Of a stretch of 64,000 bases of DNA, positions 1 through 14,315 are shown piece by piece. The notes beneath the pieces were generated by a model. The model saw only the letters and a list, made by a program, of their open reading frames with translations, did not search any database and was not told the origin of the DNA. The first letter of the stretch is position 1. Every line of letters begins with the position of its first letter. The translations under genes were made by a program, and so were the position numbers. Source of the stretch: Eledone cirrhosa (lineage: Eukaryota); assembly GCA_964016885.1 (NCBI GenBank), contig CAXHJY010001446.1, positions 1-64,000 of the forward strand, given 5' to 3'.

Positions 1-435
1 AAACCATCAGGTCAGGCCTATTGTTCTAATTATTCTATCTGTTTATATCCCACAACACTTTTCACCTGATCGTTTCTATCACCGACTATAGCCATATGCT
101 CACACCACTTCTTATTGTGGAGTAAAATATTCAGTTTGCATAAATGCCAGTGGATCACTTCTCCTATGATATGCCTCCATCCTTTATAATGAGTCCGGGA
201 AATATATTTACACTCGGATACGATGTGAGACACAGAAATCGTTTAAAGCGTCAGCCAAAATGCCTTGAGGTATATTTTTTCGCTCTTAGTTTTTAATTTC
301 AAATCCCGAATAATTGAACATAGGTTGTCATCCCGAGGTATTGGCATCGATTTAATCGACTATTCTAGCGTCTTTACAAAATATCTCACTTAGTGTATGT
401 TCGCAATCATTTTATATATTATATATATATATATT

Positions 436-468
<33 letters not shown>

Positions 469-2270
469 CATACATACATACACACGCACACACACCCACA
501 CATATATGTATGTATATATACATATGTATGTTGTGTTTATATGTATGTATATATACGAGCCCACCATATATACGCGCATACATTCATACATGTTTACATC
601 TCTTCACACATGTGTAGATATGTGTTTACACAGACGGTTGTAAGATTCTTGTCATGATATAATTCTATTTAGATAGAAACCCAGATATTTCATCATTGAA
701 TTAACATTTACTAGCTTTTATTCAACACTCGGATGGAGTTAAATAAGACGATCTAGACATGTGGAAAACAAACGTATATTCTACCGATACACACACTCAC
801 ACTTACTCACATACATAAAACACACACACACACATTCAATTACATACAACACACACACATATAATTATATATATATTGACAAAGGTATTGTTAATATAGA
901 TCTGCCTTTGATATTTATATATATATATACATATAACAACTATGTGTATCTCTCTCTCTTTCCTCTCTCTATCTCATATATATATATATTTATATATATA
1001 TATATATATATTTATATATTTATATATATATTATTATATATATAGTAAAATATAGATTTCCTAAACGCAGAAGCCAAGAGTAACAACAGTTGTTCTATAT
1101 AAATAAAATATGTTAGAAAACTGGGTAAAATATCCGGAGAGACGGAAAAGGAAGTTGCCAGTGGCGCATGCGTGGTGTAGAACTCTATATTTCTTGTATA
1201 CATAATTATCTAAATTATTTTATTTATAGCGATCAACTAATGTTACATTTATTTTCTGCATTTGGGACTCCCACATTTTCAAATTTCAAATCATTCAAAC
1301 ACTTGCATGATTCAAAACATATATGGAGGTGTTATTGTTTGAGGTTGTTAGTCGAATACGCCAGCAGTTCCCCACAAACAAGACACCAACCCTACCAGCT
1401 GCTCTTCAGGTTAATTTCAGATCAGTAAGTTTTAGTATTAACTTTACTTCCAGACGATTTATTTCCTTGTTGGTCAGTAATATTTCATCTCCTGTATCTT
1501 AGGTCAGTTCGTCTGTTGTTTGAATGAATTACATTTACAATATCCTTCTTTAATCTTCATTCTTCGCGCTATCCTGTTTACACACACAAAGCGATTGGCT
1601 TAAGAAACTGTGCAAAAAATTTGAAATGTGTTCATCGCAACACAAATGACCATAATAAAAGTAGATCGTTATAAATAATAGTTGAAAAAATCAGGTACAG
1701 AAATCCTCTAGACGAGAATAAATGAATGGAGGAATCGAACACAGCATTCCTGGGACTTTAGGTATTTGTGTTACAGACTATATGGGTGAGTGTGTGTTTG
1801 AGAGAGAGTTTGTAGATAGATCAATATACAAATAGACATATATATATATATATATATATACTACACCCACCCACATATATATGTCTGTGTGTAGAGATAG
1901 ATAGACATACAGACGGTTAGATAGATAGATGAACATCAGGATCCCTATAAATCCACTTGATAATGTTTGTATTATGTAAACATCCATTAAAGAAATATTA
2001 TTCAAGTCAGAAAAGGACCGTGATTTTACTTTACTTAAAGTATCTTCAGACTTAAAGTCAACTGGAAACAATCACAAAGAATAAACAGTTAATATATTTC
2101 TTACCACAGTGTAAATATGTTTCCAGCAGATGATGCGAGCAATTTTGTTATGCCATTATACAAATACTGTTTGTGTAGTCCAAATTGAAGAATAAAAATA
2201 ATTTAAAAGAATTGTCGACGTCATTTTTTTTGTTACTCCTTCACACATTAGATAGAATACAAAGAAACTA

Positions 2271-2302
<32 letters not shown>

Positions 2303-2799
2303 TTATCTGGTGCCATTCTGCAGAAGTGTGCGATTGATGTTTGCATTGAAGTTTTCATTAAAAATTTACACATGTGTGATCAGATTAGTTTTTGAAATTG
2401 TCATTTAACACCTTAAACGTTAAATACTGACGGTTAAGCAGATATCAATAACAAGTGAGATAATAAAATAGGATTTATTTACAGTTTAGTCTGCAAGGAA
2501 CAAGAGAAGTGTTCATGGCATTTAGAGGTTCTTTAACTCTATATCAAATGTATTTAATTGTTGTTTAGCCACCTCAGTTTTACCGTGATCCATCTGGGCT
2601 TTGATCAATTTATTTTGTGGTCGTGTAGGACTACAGTAGCTATTTCTTTTACATTTTTTTGTCCCTTAAGAAGAAAGACACCCTGTTAGTCGCCCACTTC
2701 AATAAAGTAATACCTAGATAAATTTAACATCGATCAAAGATTGCATTTTAAAGCTCTCAGTGAAATTATATTCATTGCTTTCAACTAGATTGTAACTAG

Positions 2800-2942
2800 G
2801 CCGTGGAATAACCGTGGAATAACCGTGTAAGCCGTGTAATAACTGTGTAAGCTGTGGAATAACCGTGTAAGCCGTGTAATAGCCGTGGAATAACCGTGGA
2901 ATAACTGTGTAAGCCGTGTAATAACCGTGGAATAACCGTGTA
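2800..2942. repeat. Minisatellite of 9-11 bp units (AATAACCGTGG / TAAGCCGTGT)
   Basis: Tandem variant units read directly from the sequence. Confidence 0.9.
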
Positions 2943-3124
2943 AAAAGGTGCAACAAACAGAACTGAAACATCGTAACACGACAAGACCACATTCACAATT
3001 TACACGTGTTTCACTAGACTGACTTTCTACATATTCCCTCCATAGAGTAATTCTTAACGGTTAGGACAATGTAAGAACGTCACCGAATCTAGTTATTTAC
3101 CGTATATATATATATATGTAAATG

Positions 3125-3179
<55 letters not shown>

Positions 3180-3498
3180 GAAGGAGGGAGAGAAGACGAT
3201 TAAGGGAAGAGAGAGAGGGGAGGAGACAAGGAGACTGCAAATGGAGGAGCAAATGAACAGCTGAGCCAGTGTGTGAAAGTAATAACTTCCGGGGTAGTTA
3301 AATAAGAGATCGTCTATATTGGGAACCATGATGTTTTCACAAGTTAAAATTGTACACAAACAGCCATTCAGGAGCAGAGAACTGTAAACAAATTCAGGAA
3401 ATCTGTGAGGGTGAGTGTGAGTAAGTTAGCTAATTATGTAGGCGTGTATGTATGAAATGAAGGAGTGATGTGTGTGTATATATATATATATATGCGCG

Positions 3499-3530
<32 letters not shown>

Positions 3531-3566
3531 TATATATATATGCGCGTATATATATATATGCGCGTA

Positions 3567-3602
<36 letters not shown>

Positions 3603-4164
3603 ATTATATATATATATATATATAATTATATATATATGTGTATATATATATAATTATATATATATAATTATATATATATGTGTATATATATATAATTATA
3701 TATATGTATATATATATATAATTATATATATGTATATATATATAAAATTATATATGTGTGTTAATTAGCGTCCTGTGTACTTTGTAGCTATTCGTTGTTT
3801 CCAACAAACGAACCATTGAAGCGATTCTTTTAACAGTTTTCAGAGACAATATGGGGAGGACTGAAGGTGGCAGAGATAGTCAATGGTGAGATGTGGGAGA
3901 CAATGAATACGGGGTGGGGGTGGGACACAGACACACACTTACACTCACATACACACACTCATTTGCACTTACACTCACATACACGCACTCATACACATAT
4001 TGTATGAAGGGTCTAGAGAGAAGAAAGAAATAGACTCCACACACTCATATGTGACGAGGAGTCTCTTGAACCGGCTTATCTTCGCAAAGTTACAGCGAAA
4101 CATCCATGTATAAAAACCTTATCTTCTGCAATATATACATGGATACATACACACACATATATAT

Positions 4165-4385
4165 GGAAATACGGCAAGGTTCGTCTTCTGCATTACTCAG
4201 TACTTAATATGTTGTCCAAGAGAAATCTTTCTGGTGTACGGTTCTCTAATTTGTTGACGGTGTACTGCTATCCTTTATGAGATTATGACGCATGTTTGAC
4301 CAATGTAAGCTTCATGGCAACCTTTATATATTTTAATATGTATTAAGTTCTGTGAGTTACAGGGGAACAAGTATTTAATTTCTAA
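4165..4385 (-). pseudogene. Degenerate Penelope-like GIY-YIG endonuclease fragment
   Basis: Manual minus-strand translation gives EIKYLFPCNSQNLIHIKIYKGCHEAYIGQTCVIIS*RIAVHRQQIREPYTRKISLGQHIKY*...AVFP, matching the PLE C.S.NLIY...C..C...YIGQT...R...H pattern; in-frame stops present. Confidence 0.7.
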
Positions 4386-4711
4386 AATATGTCTCTCTTT
4401 GAAGGGAATTTTGAGACCAGTTTAATCGATAGCATTTCTTTCTCCGGGATCTTTAATTACGGGTTTCATTCTTCTGTTTCTCTTTTAGTGTCTTTGCTGT
4501 TATTTATGTTTTATTTTTGATTACTTTTGTACTTTCATGTAATATGTAGGTTTAATTGTATGTGTGTTTAGATTCGACGGTCGATGGATTAAAAGTTGAA
4601 ATGTAGGTATAACCCTTTTTTCTTTTCATGTTTTTGTTTCTCATACATTTGTATGTATGTATGTAAGTATAAATATATATATATATATTCATTTATGTGT
4701 GAATATATATA

Positions 4712-4792
<81 letters not shown>

Positions 4793-5973
4793 ATATATAT
4801 AGTGTATATTGGCAGAAGATCTGACAAATTATAACATGTTTCGCTGCTCCGAGAAGTTTTTATTTTCATCAAATATAGATTTATTTTTTTCAGTATAACG
4901 TTTTTTAAAGAAAGAAGAAAAAAGCAGAAAAAGAAAAGCTATGATTAGATACAGAAAGGAGCAAAAGTCAAAAGTACAGAGTATTTATGGGAGGCTATAG
5001 AAGACGCTGAATATAGTAGTGTTGTAGGAAATATTGAGGCGCAGGTATGGAGAGACAGGCGGAAGGTATGGCAGCGCTTTAGTCAATACTAAAGGGAGAA
5101 GTGTGTTGTATGGGAGAGAGGGGAAGAGAGAGCACTACTTTATTCAATAATAAATTATGATGGGGGAAGTGTGTGATAGGAGATGGAGAAAAAGAGTGAG
5201 GTTTGAATAGATCAATCAAGGACCGATTGCTATTTTCAAAATGAACTAGTGTTTGCAACGGAAATATCCTTTTGAAATTTGAATAAACAAATTCAATTTG
5301 TAGCCAAGAGTCAAACTGCGGTAAAAGTTGTTTTTAATATGTCAGAAAAAGATGTTGGTCATTTGTACAAGTAAAATCGATTCTGTATAGTTATATTAAG
5401 AAATAATTCCATTTCTAAGCTCGTTGTATCTCGTAGATAAAGAAGAGCTATTTCCACTGTTTTTATGAAATGAGTTAAGTAGGTTCACAATTTTATACTA
5501 GGACCGTTAATAATCTGTCCTGTAACTTTGAATGTATGAGAGATTTGGAGTTTAGGAGTGGCAAGCCATACATAGGAGAATTACTGTAATGTTTTGAGAA
5601 ATTATTGGCTTTCATAAGAAAAAGCCTATAGTTTATGTTCATTACTGATATATAGGGAACAGTGAAGATAAAAATAATTAAATTTAAGAGTACTTTAGTG
5701 ATAACAGTTTACAGGGACAGATGCAGAGTTAGAAACCGCGACCTGAGATTGTAAAAAATACAGCGAAGTTACTAATTCAACTCAGTCTTCAAATTTTACC
5801 AATGTCTTCTAATCATGTGATATATATATATGTGTATATATATATATATATTTATTATTAGAAATGTAAGCTATCGCCGTATTTTGACTAAAGAAATTAA
5901 AGAAATTATTTAGCCTGATAGTGGGGTTAAGAACCGTCGGAGAAATGGAAAAAGATGAGTATTGACGTACATG

Positions 5974-6053
5974 TACGTCCCGAAGAATCCGAAGCTCTAG
6001 ATATCCCATGTTATCGGATGTCTTAAAATGCGGACGAAACCATGGTAGAGGTA
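5974..6053 (+). ncRNA. Minimal type-I hammerhead ribozyme motif, slightly degenerate
   Basis: tacgtc-CCGAAGA-atccg...cggac-GAAA-C-CATG-G-TA-gaggta; core U4>C; 5 of 6 stem I pairs; palindromic loop III. Confidence 0.55.
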
Positions 6054-6374
6054 ATTAAATATGTACACTTTTCTTCTAGTTTATTTTACACCTAATTCTG
6101 TTTAGTTGACTGTATATCTGGTCGATTTATACATGCTGTCGAAATATTCAATAAATACTCCGTCGTAACCGCCGCGAAGGGGCTGCTTTCGGTTATTCGT
6201 CGGAGATTTCTTCATAGGAGCCTTTATTCTTATAGCTTGATCTAATTGGTTTTTTATATGGTCAATTATGCCAATTGGGAGAGGAAACGGTATATATTTT
6301 ATCTGATGATTCTATAGACATGTTTTATGATGTATGTATATATATATATATGTATGTATATATATATATATATG

Positions 6375-6452
<78 letters not shown>

Positions 6453-6687
6453 CACACTATGCAGAGAGAAATCTAATCTAACGGTACATTTAAGTTTTCT
6501 TTGTATGATAGTTGGAAAGAATTTCTTTCTGTAGCTCCTCTGTTGAATAATATTAAACAATATTGCTATATTTATATATTAGAGTGGACATTAATAAAGT
6601 TTGTCTTCCATATCAAAAACTAAATATGTTAGTCAATTGTGAATGACAGTACATCATATGTAATTAATCACGCTATAAAGAGGAATT

Positions 6688-6765
6688 GTGAAGGCAAGTA
6701 GCTTTGTAGATAGAGAGTTAGATTTGTAATCGTATGGTTGCAAGTTCGATTCCCGGAACAGACGA
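6688..6765 (+). mobile_element. Degenerate tRNA-derived SINE head (family B)
   Basis: Similar to the head at 10971; B-box-like GTTCGATTCC. Confidence 0.55.
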
Positions 6766-6779
6766 GATATATATATATA

Positions 6780-7015
6780 TGTTGGTGATCGAACTTTGTT
6801 GAGAAAAATATCTCATGTTGGTGCAGTCTGCAGCTGGCAGAGTTTAGCATCAAAGTAGTATCATATATATATATATTCATTCATCACGTAAAATGAATGA
6901 ATGATGAATGAATATATATATATATATATATATCATACTACTTTGATGCTAAACTCTGTCAGCTGCAGACTGCACCAATATGAGATATTTTTCTCCACAA
7001 AGTTCGATCACCAAC
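6780..7015. repeat. Imperfect inverted repeat with ~100 bp arms
   Basis: TGTTGGTGATCGAACTTTG...AAAGTAGTAT is mirrored by ATACTACTTT...CAAAGTTCGATCACCAACA. Confidence 0.9.
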
Positions 7016-7120
7016 AACAGAGTTTAAAGAGCAAAGATCAAATCCAGTCCATAGGTTGACTTTATCAAGCGATCGTTTTGGCTACCGGCACCTGCTTCTC
7101 TTACCAGCTAACCTAACCTT

Positions 7121-7155
<35 letters not shown>

Positions 7156-7618
7156 GTATGTGTGAAACACAATGTATGTGTTTCAGTGGTATAGAAAATA
7201 TAGTTACATTTACATTCATTTTATGTTAAATTTACACACACACATATATAGTTCAAGCTACACAAACATGTAGACATATTTATGTATATATGTGCATATA
7301 TACATAAACATGCACAAATGCATGAATATATATATGAATGTATATATATATGTATATTTGTATATATGTCTCTATAACCATATGTAGACACACACACACA
7401 TATATATATATGTTAAGTCATATTTACTGAAACCTTATTAACTAGTCAGAAGTTTGTAGAGTTAACTAACGAGGCAGATAAAAAGGACTGAATACTGCTA
7501 GTTTGAGTCAAATATATTGGAAACCTCTCCACTTGCAACGAAATCCAAAGAAAGGAGAATTAATTTTACATCAATATTCAACATATTAGTATTGAGTTTC
7601 GCAAAAATAATTGGCAGG

Positions 7619-7677
<59 letters not shown>

Positions 7678-8194
7678 TTTAACTTCCCCCTAAGGACGAA
7701 GAAAGTTAATCTCGGTGGGATACACAAAGGTTTCTGTGATTTTTCGAGAATTAATAATGGTTTCTTATTTAAGCACAATGCCATGGTTTTTGTGAGAAGA
7801 GGAAAATCGACTAAGTTGACAAGTACCAGTAAAGTACTGGGGTCGATTTAATCGACTTTACCCTCTCACAAAATTGTTGGCCTTGTGCTTAAATCAGAAA
7901 CTATTATTAATAAAGAAATGATTATTAATTCTTGAAAAATCACAGCAACCTTTTATGAGAGCGATTGAGTGAATCATTGGTATAGAATGAGATCGAGAGT
8001 TTGGTGTTGGGTGGCAGAAACATGAAATAGTTGATAAATATAATAGAACTTTATGTTTTCTACAGTTTGTCTTTTCCCACGCGTCAGAAAAAAAAAAAGA
8101 GAAAAATCGTTAAGATTGCAAAGAATATAGACATAAAATGATGGCGGTATTTTAGACTAACGATCTACTACTTGATTAACAAACAAACACATCC

Positions 8195-8268
<74 letters not shown>

Positions 8269-10970
8269 ATAGTGTCAATATGCTGTAAATTCTTAAAATG
8301 TATCTTGACGTCTTGGTGTTGCCAAGAAACAGTTATTCTGCCTCACATATTGAAAAGGAAACATTCAAAACACATGTACTATTTCATCTATCACATGGTA
8401 TTTAGGTCTTTGAACGCGTCTACACACAAACACACACCCTGAGGGACACTCACTCTAGCCCCCCCCGCCCACAGAGGGACCCACACATATACTTACATAC
8501 CCACATACATACCCTCTCAAACGCATTCACATTCACACATACAAACACACTAAGAAAACAGACTAGGAAGTCTTTTGTAAGTTTATATTTATTGCTAAAG
8601 TACAAAGTTGATTAAATTTGCATAACATTTGGGAGAAATATTTTACTGTTTACTTCCTGAAGGATGATGTGTTTTCCGAAACGTCTGATAGTTCATCTTC
8701 CCCAGATATACATCCTCTGATATATTCATATTTAATCTACATACAAAGAATGAGTGAAAGTTGAAGATGGTTGCTTCTGACAGGACGCGCTGGAAGGAGT
8801 GTTTGACGACTCTTCCCCCACCACCCTTTCAGTAATAAGTGGCCGAAGGAGAGGAAGGGGATCCTTGCTTGGCTTTAAACGAGAGAACCTTGCCACTCAG
8901 CTGCTCCCAATCTCTGGATATCTCATGTTTAGGATATTTCAGAGTCACCTGTTTGTGATGGTTTCAGAGAATATTTGACATTGGCATTGAAAGATGCCAG
9001 AGGGAGATAGAAGGATTAACTAGGTAGGTTGATAAATAATAGATAGGTAGATATATAGATAGACAGATGGATAGATAAATTAGTAAATAGATAAATAGTT
9101 AGATACATAAATTGATAGGTGAATAGTGTGTATATATATATGTGTGTGTGTGTGAAAGAGAGAGAGATGAACTAAATATACCATCTCAACAGTCACAAAT
9201 AAACTTCTTTTCTCCAATTCTCAAACGGGACCAGACAATACATACAGAATTAATTGCAATGAGAGTAAGAAAGATGGAGATTTATAAATACACAAGACAA
9301 CCACTTGATAATATTTATTTTTAAATTTGACCTGAGACAACCTTTCATTGGCTCTGAGAAGAAAACGCCATAATGTTCACTCTTAGTTTATCGATAATGG
9401 TCGTTAAATAGTTTCATAACCCTTACTTGTCTGCTTTGCCAGTGTTTCAAATATATATATATTCACTATATATATATATTTACTATATATTATATATATT
9501 ATTCATTGGTCTATTTTTGAAATGCAGTTTGTTTCACAGTCAATTCAGCCATGTTGTTTACACACACGAAAAAGAAAAAAAAGTCTGTTTCTTCACATGA
9601 ATAGAGTACTACCCTGATTTTTGTTTCCCCGGTCTCAGCATGAAAGACATTATATCTATCTGTCTGTTTGTCTATTTATCCATCTGTCCCATCTATTTAT
9701 TTACTTATCTATCCATCCACCTCTCGCTCACTCTCTTTCTCTTTACACACACACGCCCGTGTGTGTGTATTTACCATACCAAACCAGCACAAAATGACTT
9801 CTTCATTTAGTTAATCTTCCTTTAGTTAATTTCAATTCAATATAGTCAACATTTCTTTCTCCAGTGATTTAATTTCTTCCATGAGATATCAATGTCGTCT
9901 ACAAATTTGCAGCCTATCATTTTTCCTGTTTATTTCTTTAAAAAAATATCTCTTCCTTTGTTTCTTAATGCTTCTGTTAATTCATTCACACTAAGCCTTC
10001 ATACGTATTTCTTACGTATTCCTTACGTAATAATAGTTTGTTATTTTTTCGAGGGAGAAATAAAAAGTACGAAAAAATAAACAAAAGCATTTGTTTATTT
10101 TTATTAAATCATTGAAATTATTTATTTGCAGCTACTTAACTTACAAGAAGTTTCTCATTACTCATTTTTTTCACATTATCAAGTCTCCATCGTGTACATA
10201 CTGGCCATTTATATCTACATGGTGGATGCTATATGTGTATGTTGTCTCTGATTCTATATATGTGTGTAGTATTTGATCCTATATACATATTTGTGTGCTC
10301 TAACTTGTGTATGTTGTGTGGGATTACCTATGTATGTGCTTCCCCTCCACGTATATGTGTGTGTATTTGTTCCTGTGTTTTTGTTTGTGTGCTTCTACTT
10401 GTGTTTTGTGAATGTGTAATTGATTAAGTTTTGTTTTGTGTATATATATATTTGTCTATATACATATGTCTATATTAGTGTGTATATTTGTGTTAATCTG
10501 TGTGTGTGAACATTTGTGTGCGGTATACGTGCAATATCTGCGTATGTCGTGTTTGGATGCGAGTGATTATCACGTATGTGTGTGTGTGTGTTCCTGTGAA
10601 TGTGTGTGTATGCCTGTGTGTATGTCTGTGAATGTGTCTGTCTGTGTATGTGAATGAATGTGTCTGCATGTTTGTATACATGTGTTTATCTTTTCCTACA
10701 TGATATGTATTCTATATATTCCAATTGGATTTAACAAGTCATTACCAGATACTTCTCTATATTTTCTTCTTCCATTCATCACTTTTCTCTTTATTATTTC
10801 TCCAGTTTTTATAAACTCCTCACTTATCATCATGTAAGATGTTTTTTCTGCATCTAACATATCTCTATATGAATTCTCTAACGTCTGCATTCTCATCAGT
10901 TTTTTGTTTGTTTGTTTGTTTGTTGGTTTATATTACTCTTTTTATGTTAATCCATATATATATATATAAA

Positions 10971-11189
10971 GGTGAAGGCGTGTGGCTGAGTGGTTAGAGA
11001 ATTGGATTTGCAATCGTAAGGTTGTGAGTTCGATTCCTGGACCAGGCGATGCGTTATGTCCTTGAGCAAGACACTTTATTTCACGTTGCTCCTTCTACCT
11101 GGAGTTGCGACCGATAGATAGTATTAGCAATTGGAAAGACCAACGGAAACATTGTTCCCTCGGTTCGATTTGACGAAAGTCGATCGTCC
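10971..11189 (+). mobile_element. tRNA-derived SINE family B with CORE-like centre
   Basis: A box TGGCTGAGTGG, B-box-like GTTCGATTCC, CORE-like CCTTGAGCAAGACACTT; related copies at 49409 and 59454. Confidence 0.85.
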
Positions 11190-11644
11190 AGAAAAAAAAA
11201 ATATATATAAAGTTATATATCTATATATATACACATATATGTGTGTATGTATATATGTGTGTGAGTGCTGCAAAAGTGTCCACAAGAAAAAGAAGAGCCT
11301 GCATATATAAACACGGCTAATGTTTATTTATTATGATTCCTACACATACGATATTCCATAGCTACCAAATGTTTCATGAGCTAATGGAGCCCAGGTGGGG
11401 AAGGTATTGCTTTCGCGAGATTTTGTAAAAGATAAGTGGAAATTATTTGAAAAAGTAAGAGCAACTCGAAAGCAATAGATATATAATTTGATGTGCAGAC
11501 ATGCCTGGGTGGGTAATGTATTTGATTATTAGATACTATATATATATGTATATATATATATATATAGTTTTCCAATTTGTTTATGAAGAGAGGTAACACA
11601 TGTTGAGATTGGAAACATTTTCTCTATCTATCTCTCCCTCTCTT

Positions 11645-11801
11645 TCTTTGAAAGAAATCATCAGGCTTTCCTGATCATTTCTTTCGAATGAAACAGTTCT
11701 AGTCCTGTAGAAGCCATTTCTCTATTAAACTTGATGTTTGCACTCTTCTAATATATTGAGTACCTTACTTACTGTGGTTATCGCCGATTGAATCCGGGAC
11801 A
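11645..11801 (+). mobile_element. PLE-type 3' end fragment (family E)
   Basis: Homologous to 54734-54897; HHR-like CTGATCA...TGAAAC; ACTC-N10-TTGAGTAC tail motif. Confidence 0.55.
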
Positions 11802-11810
11802 CATATATAT

Positions 11811-11955
11811 ATAACGAAGGAAATGTGGTAAGGAACCAGATGGACCATAACGCACCAAAGTACTCAATACTTAAGATAGTAGAGTGGGTAATAGGAACAA
11901 GTATGATCCCGTCGAAACGGCTTGAGCTCTGCCGTCGGGGTCATACTTGTTCCTA
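11811..11955 (-). mobile_element. Fold-back element family D with a shortened left arm
   Basis: Homologous to 28660, 38520 and 51608; partial inverted repeat ATAGGAACAAGTATGA / TCATACTTGTTCCTAT. Confidence 0.8.
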
Positions 11956-12093
11956 TATATATATATATATGTGTGTGAATGAAGTAATTCCGTCGGAATC
12001 CTGGATTTTTTCATTCTGAGGATTGAAAGCAAAATTTTTTGCTTTTAAGAAACCACTGGTAAATGGAATAATTGCCTTATGTTGTTTATTACA

Positions 12094-12151
<58 letters not shown>

Positions 12152-12474
12152 TTTCTCAAACGAAAATTAATATTTTTTAAACATTGAATGAAATGTCCAC
12201 CATAAATCATATATTATAAGATGGTATTATTTTACTTTCGATTTAATTCATATATTTAGTGTTAAGACACATATGAATACTATGTGACATTTGTGATTTA
12301 TAGCTAACCACATAGGGGAGAAAGGTTAATCAATTGTTTGTAAAAAAAATAGTTTAAATATTTTTTACGTCTATTTCGTGTGAAGTGAAATGAAATTTTG
12401 AACGATTCCTCATATACACATGTATTTGCATGCATATATGTATATGCATGTACTTATGTATGTATGAATAAATG

Positions 12475-12580
<106 letters not shown>

Positions 12581-13261
12581 TGGTATTAAAAAAAAAGACT
12601 TGCTGTCTTCATGGAAACACCAACCCCAAGCATACAAAACCTACTTTAAACAATACCTACATGCTAACAGTCACTCACCAACTATTACAATATTATGGTC
12701 TATCAATCTCTGAACCTAGCAAGCCTTATAACTATCTCTTCATAGTCAAGAACTGTGTGAAGTACACCTTCTTTTTCCCTGGACACATCCTATATACACA
12801 CCTTTCACCTCCATATTATCTCATTTTCCTATTCTACACACAATGTAATTCTATTATCTAAATATTTACACATTTTCTCAGTTATATGCAATGAGTAAAT
12901 CATTTTAATCCTGGAGTCAGCCTCCTGAATCAATTATATATTTTCTGTTCCCAAATCTCGTTCAGCCATATTTATACAGTTCTCTTGACAATATCGCTGA
13001 CAAACATTGTTTGCATTTATGCAATATTTCCACACCATGAAATCATTGAGTTCCAAGATGAGTGAGACTAGTAAGACTTTGTGTGACTATATATATATAT
13101 ATATATATACATATACTTCATACAAAACGAAAACTAACGTTGTTATCCAACAATTGTTTCTATAGAGATAACTGCAGTGCCAGTACATAGAATGAACTAA
13201 TCACTCCAACAATTAATAAATTGTTTAAATGAAGTTCTGACACAACTACCCAGTTGATTTT

Positions 13262-13369
<108 letters not shown>

Positions 13370-14208
13370 CATAATTAAAATTCCATACACTTAAACATAC
13401 TAAATAAGCTCTTTAGGAATAGATTGAGCATTGATTTCCTTGGCTTTCTATCTCCGGATATCCTGCACACACTCACACACTCACACTCACACACACTCAC
13501 ACACACACACTCACACACACACATGAAAGTGTTATCTATACCATCATTTCTACAGTTTTGTTTCATATTTTGTGTTATATCTTCTAATCCAATCTAGTTG
13601 TAAATACATTATTACCCGACATAAAATGTTATACTTGTGTGTCAGATGTAAGAATCTAAGTCATAATATTTATAATGGGATTGTTATGTTTCATTGATTG
13701 TCTTATATCCGTTGTGTAACTTGTAAAGTTGCGGGTCTATACTAGTATTTCAATTCTCGTATTTACATAACGTAATATAGTTGTTATTCATAGTTTCATG
13801 TGTAACATGTTCTGTTTGTGTTGTTCTGTTTCATGAGTTTTTAATGATGAATTCATCCATTTCGTGGAATGGTTTTATTGGTTTTATAATGTATATAGAT
13901 ATATGTTTGCGAATATGGATGTGTTGTGGTTTGAGATGTGTTGTGGTTTGAGATGTGATTGGATGTGTTTATTGTGATAACACAGAACACACATATATGG
14001 TTGAGTATATTTGTGTTGTCGTTTGACGCACTCTATGGAATTGTTCGATAAATAATCACGGTGAAGTACATAAAATCCAACATATAAGTGTGGCATATAT
14101 GGAGAAAACTAAACAATTAAATAGTGGAAACCATGGTACAAATATAATTATATTATTACTTACATGTACATGACAAATAAATATGTATATATATATATAT
14201 ACACACAG

Positions 14209-14256
<48 letters not shown>

Positions 14257-14272
14257 GTACAAGCACATACAG

Positions 14273-14315
<43 letters not shown>

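Noticed and set aside
1134-1176. GGAAGT and GCGCATGCGT (ETS/NRF1-like) promoter motifs
   Set aside because: Short motifs with no associated exon or TSS evidence
2800-2942. CRISPR-like array
   Set aside because: Tandem units have no unique spacers, and the context is eukaryotic
5400-5790. Faint Penelope RT-like translation on the minus strand (PKL...IINGP...YLRDTT)
   Set aside because: Too degenerate to call without a profile search
8655-8692. Hammerhead-like CTGAAGG...CGAAACGTC (similar partial hits near 4835, 37150 and 42020-42140)
   Set aside because: The core or stems I/III are incomplete
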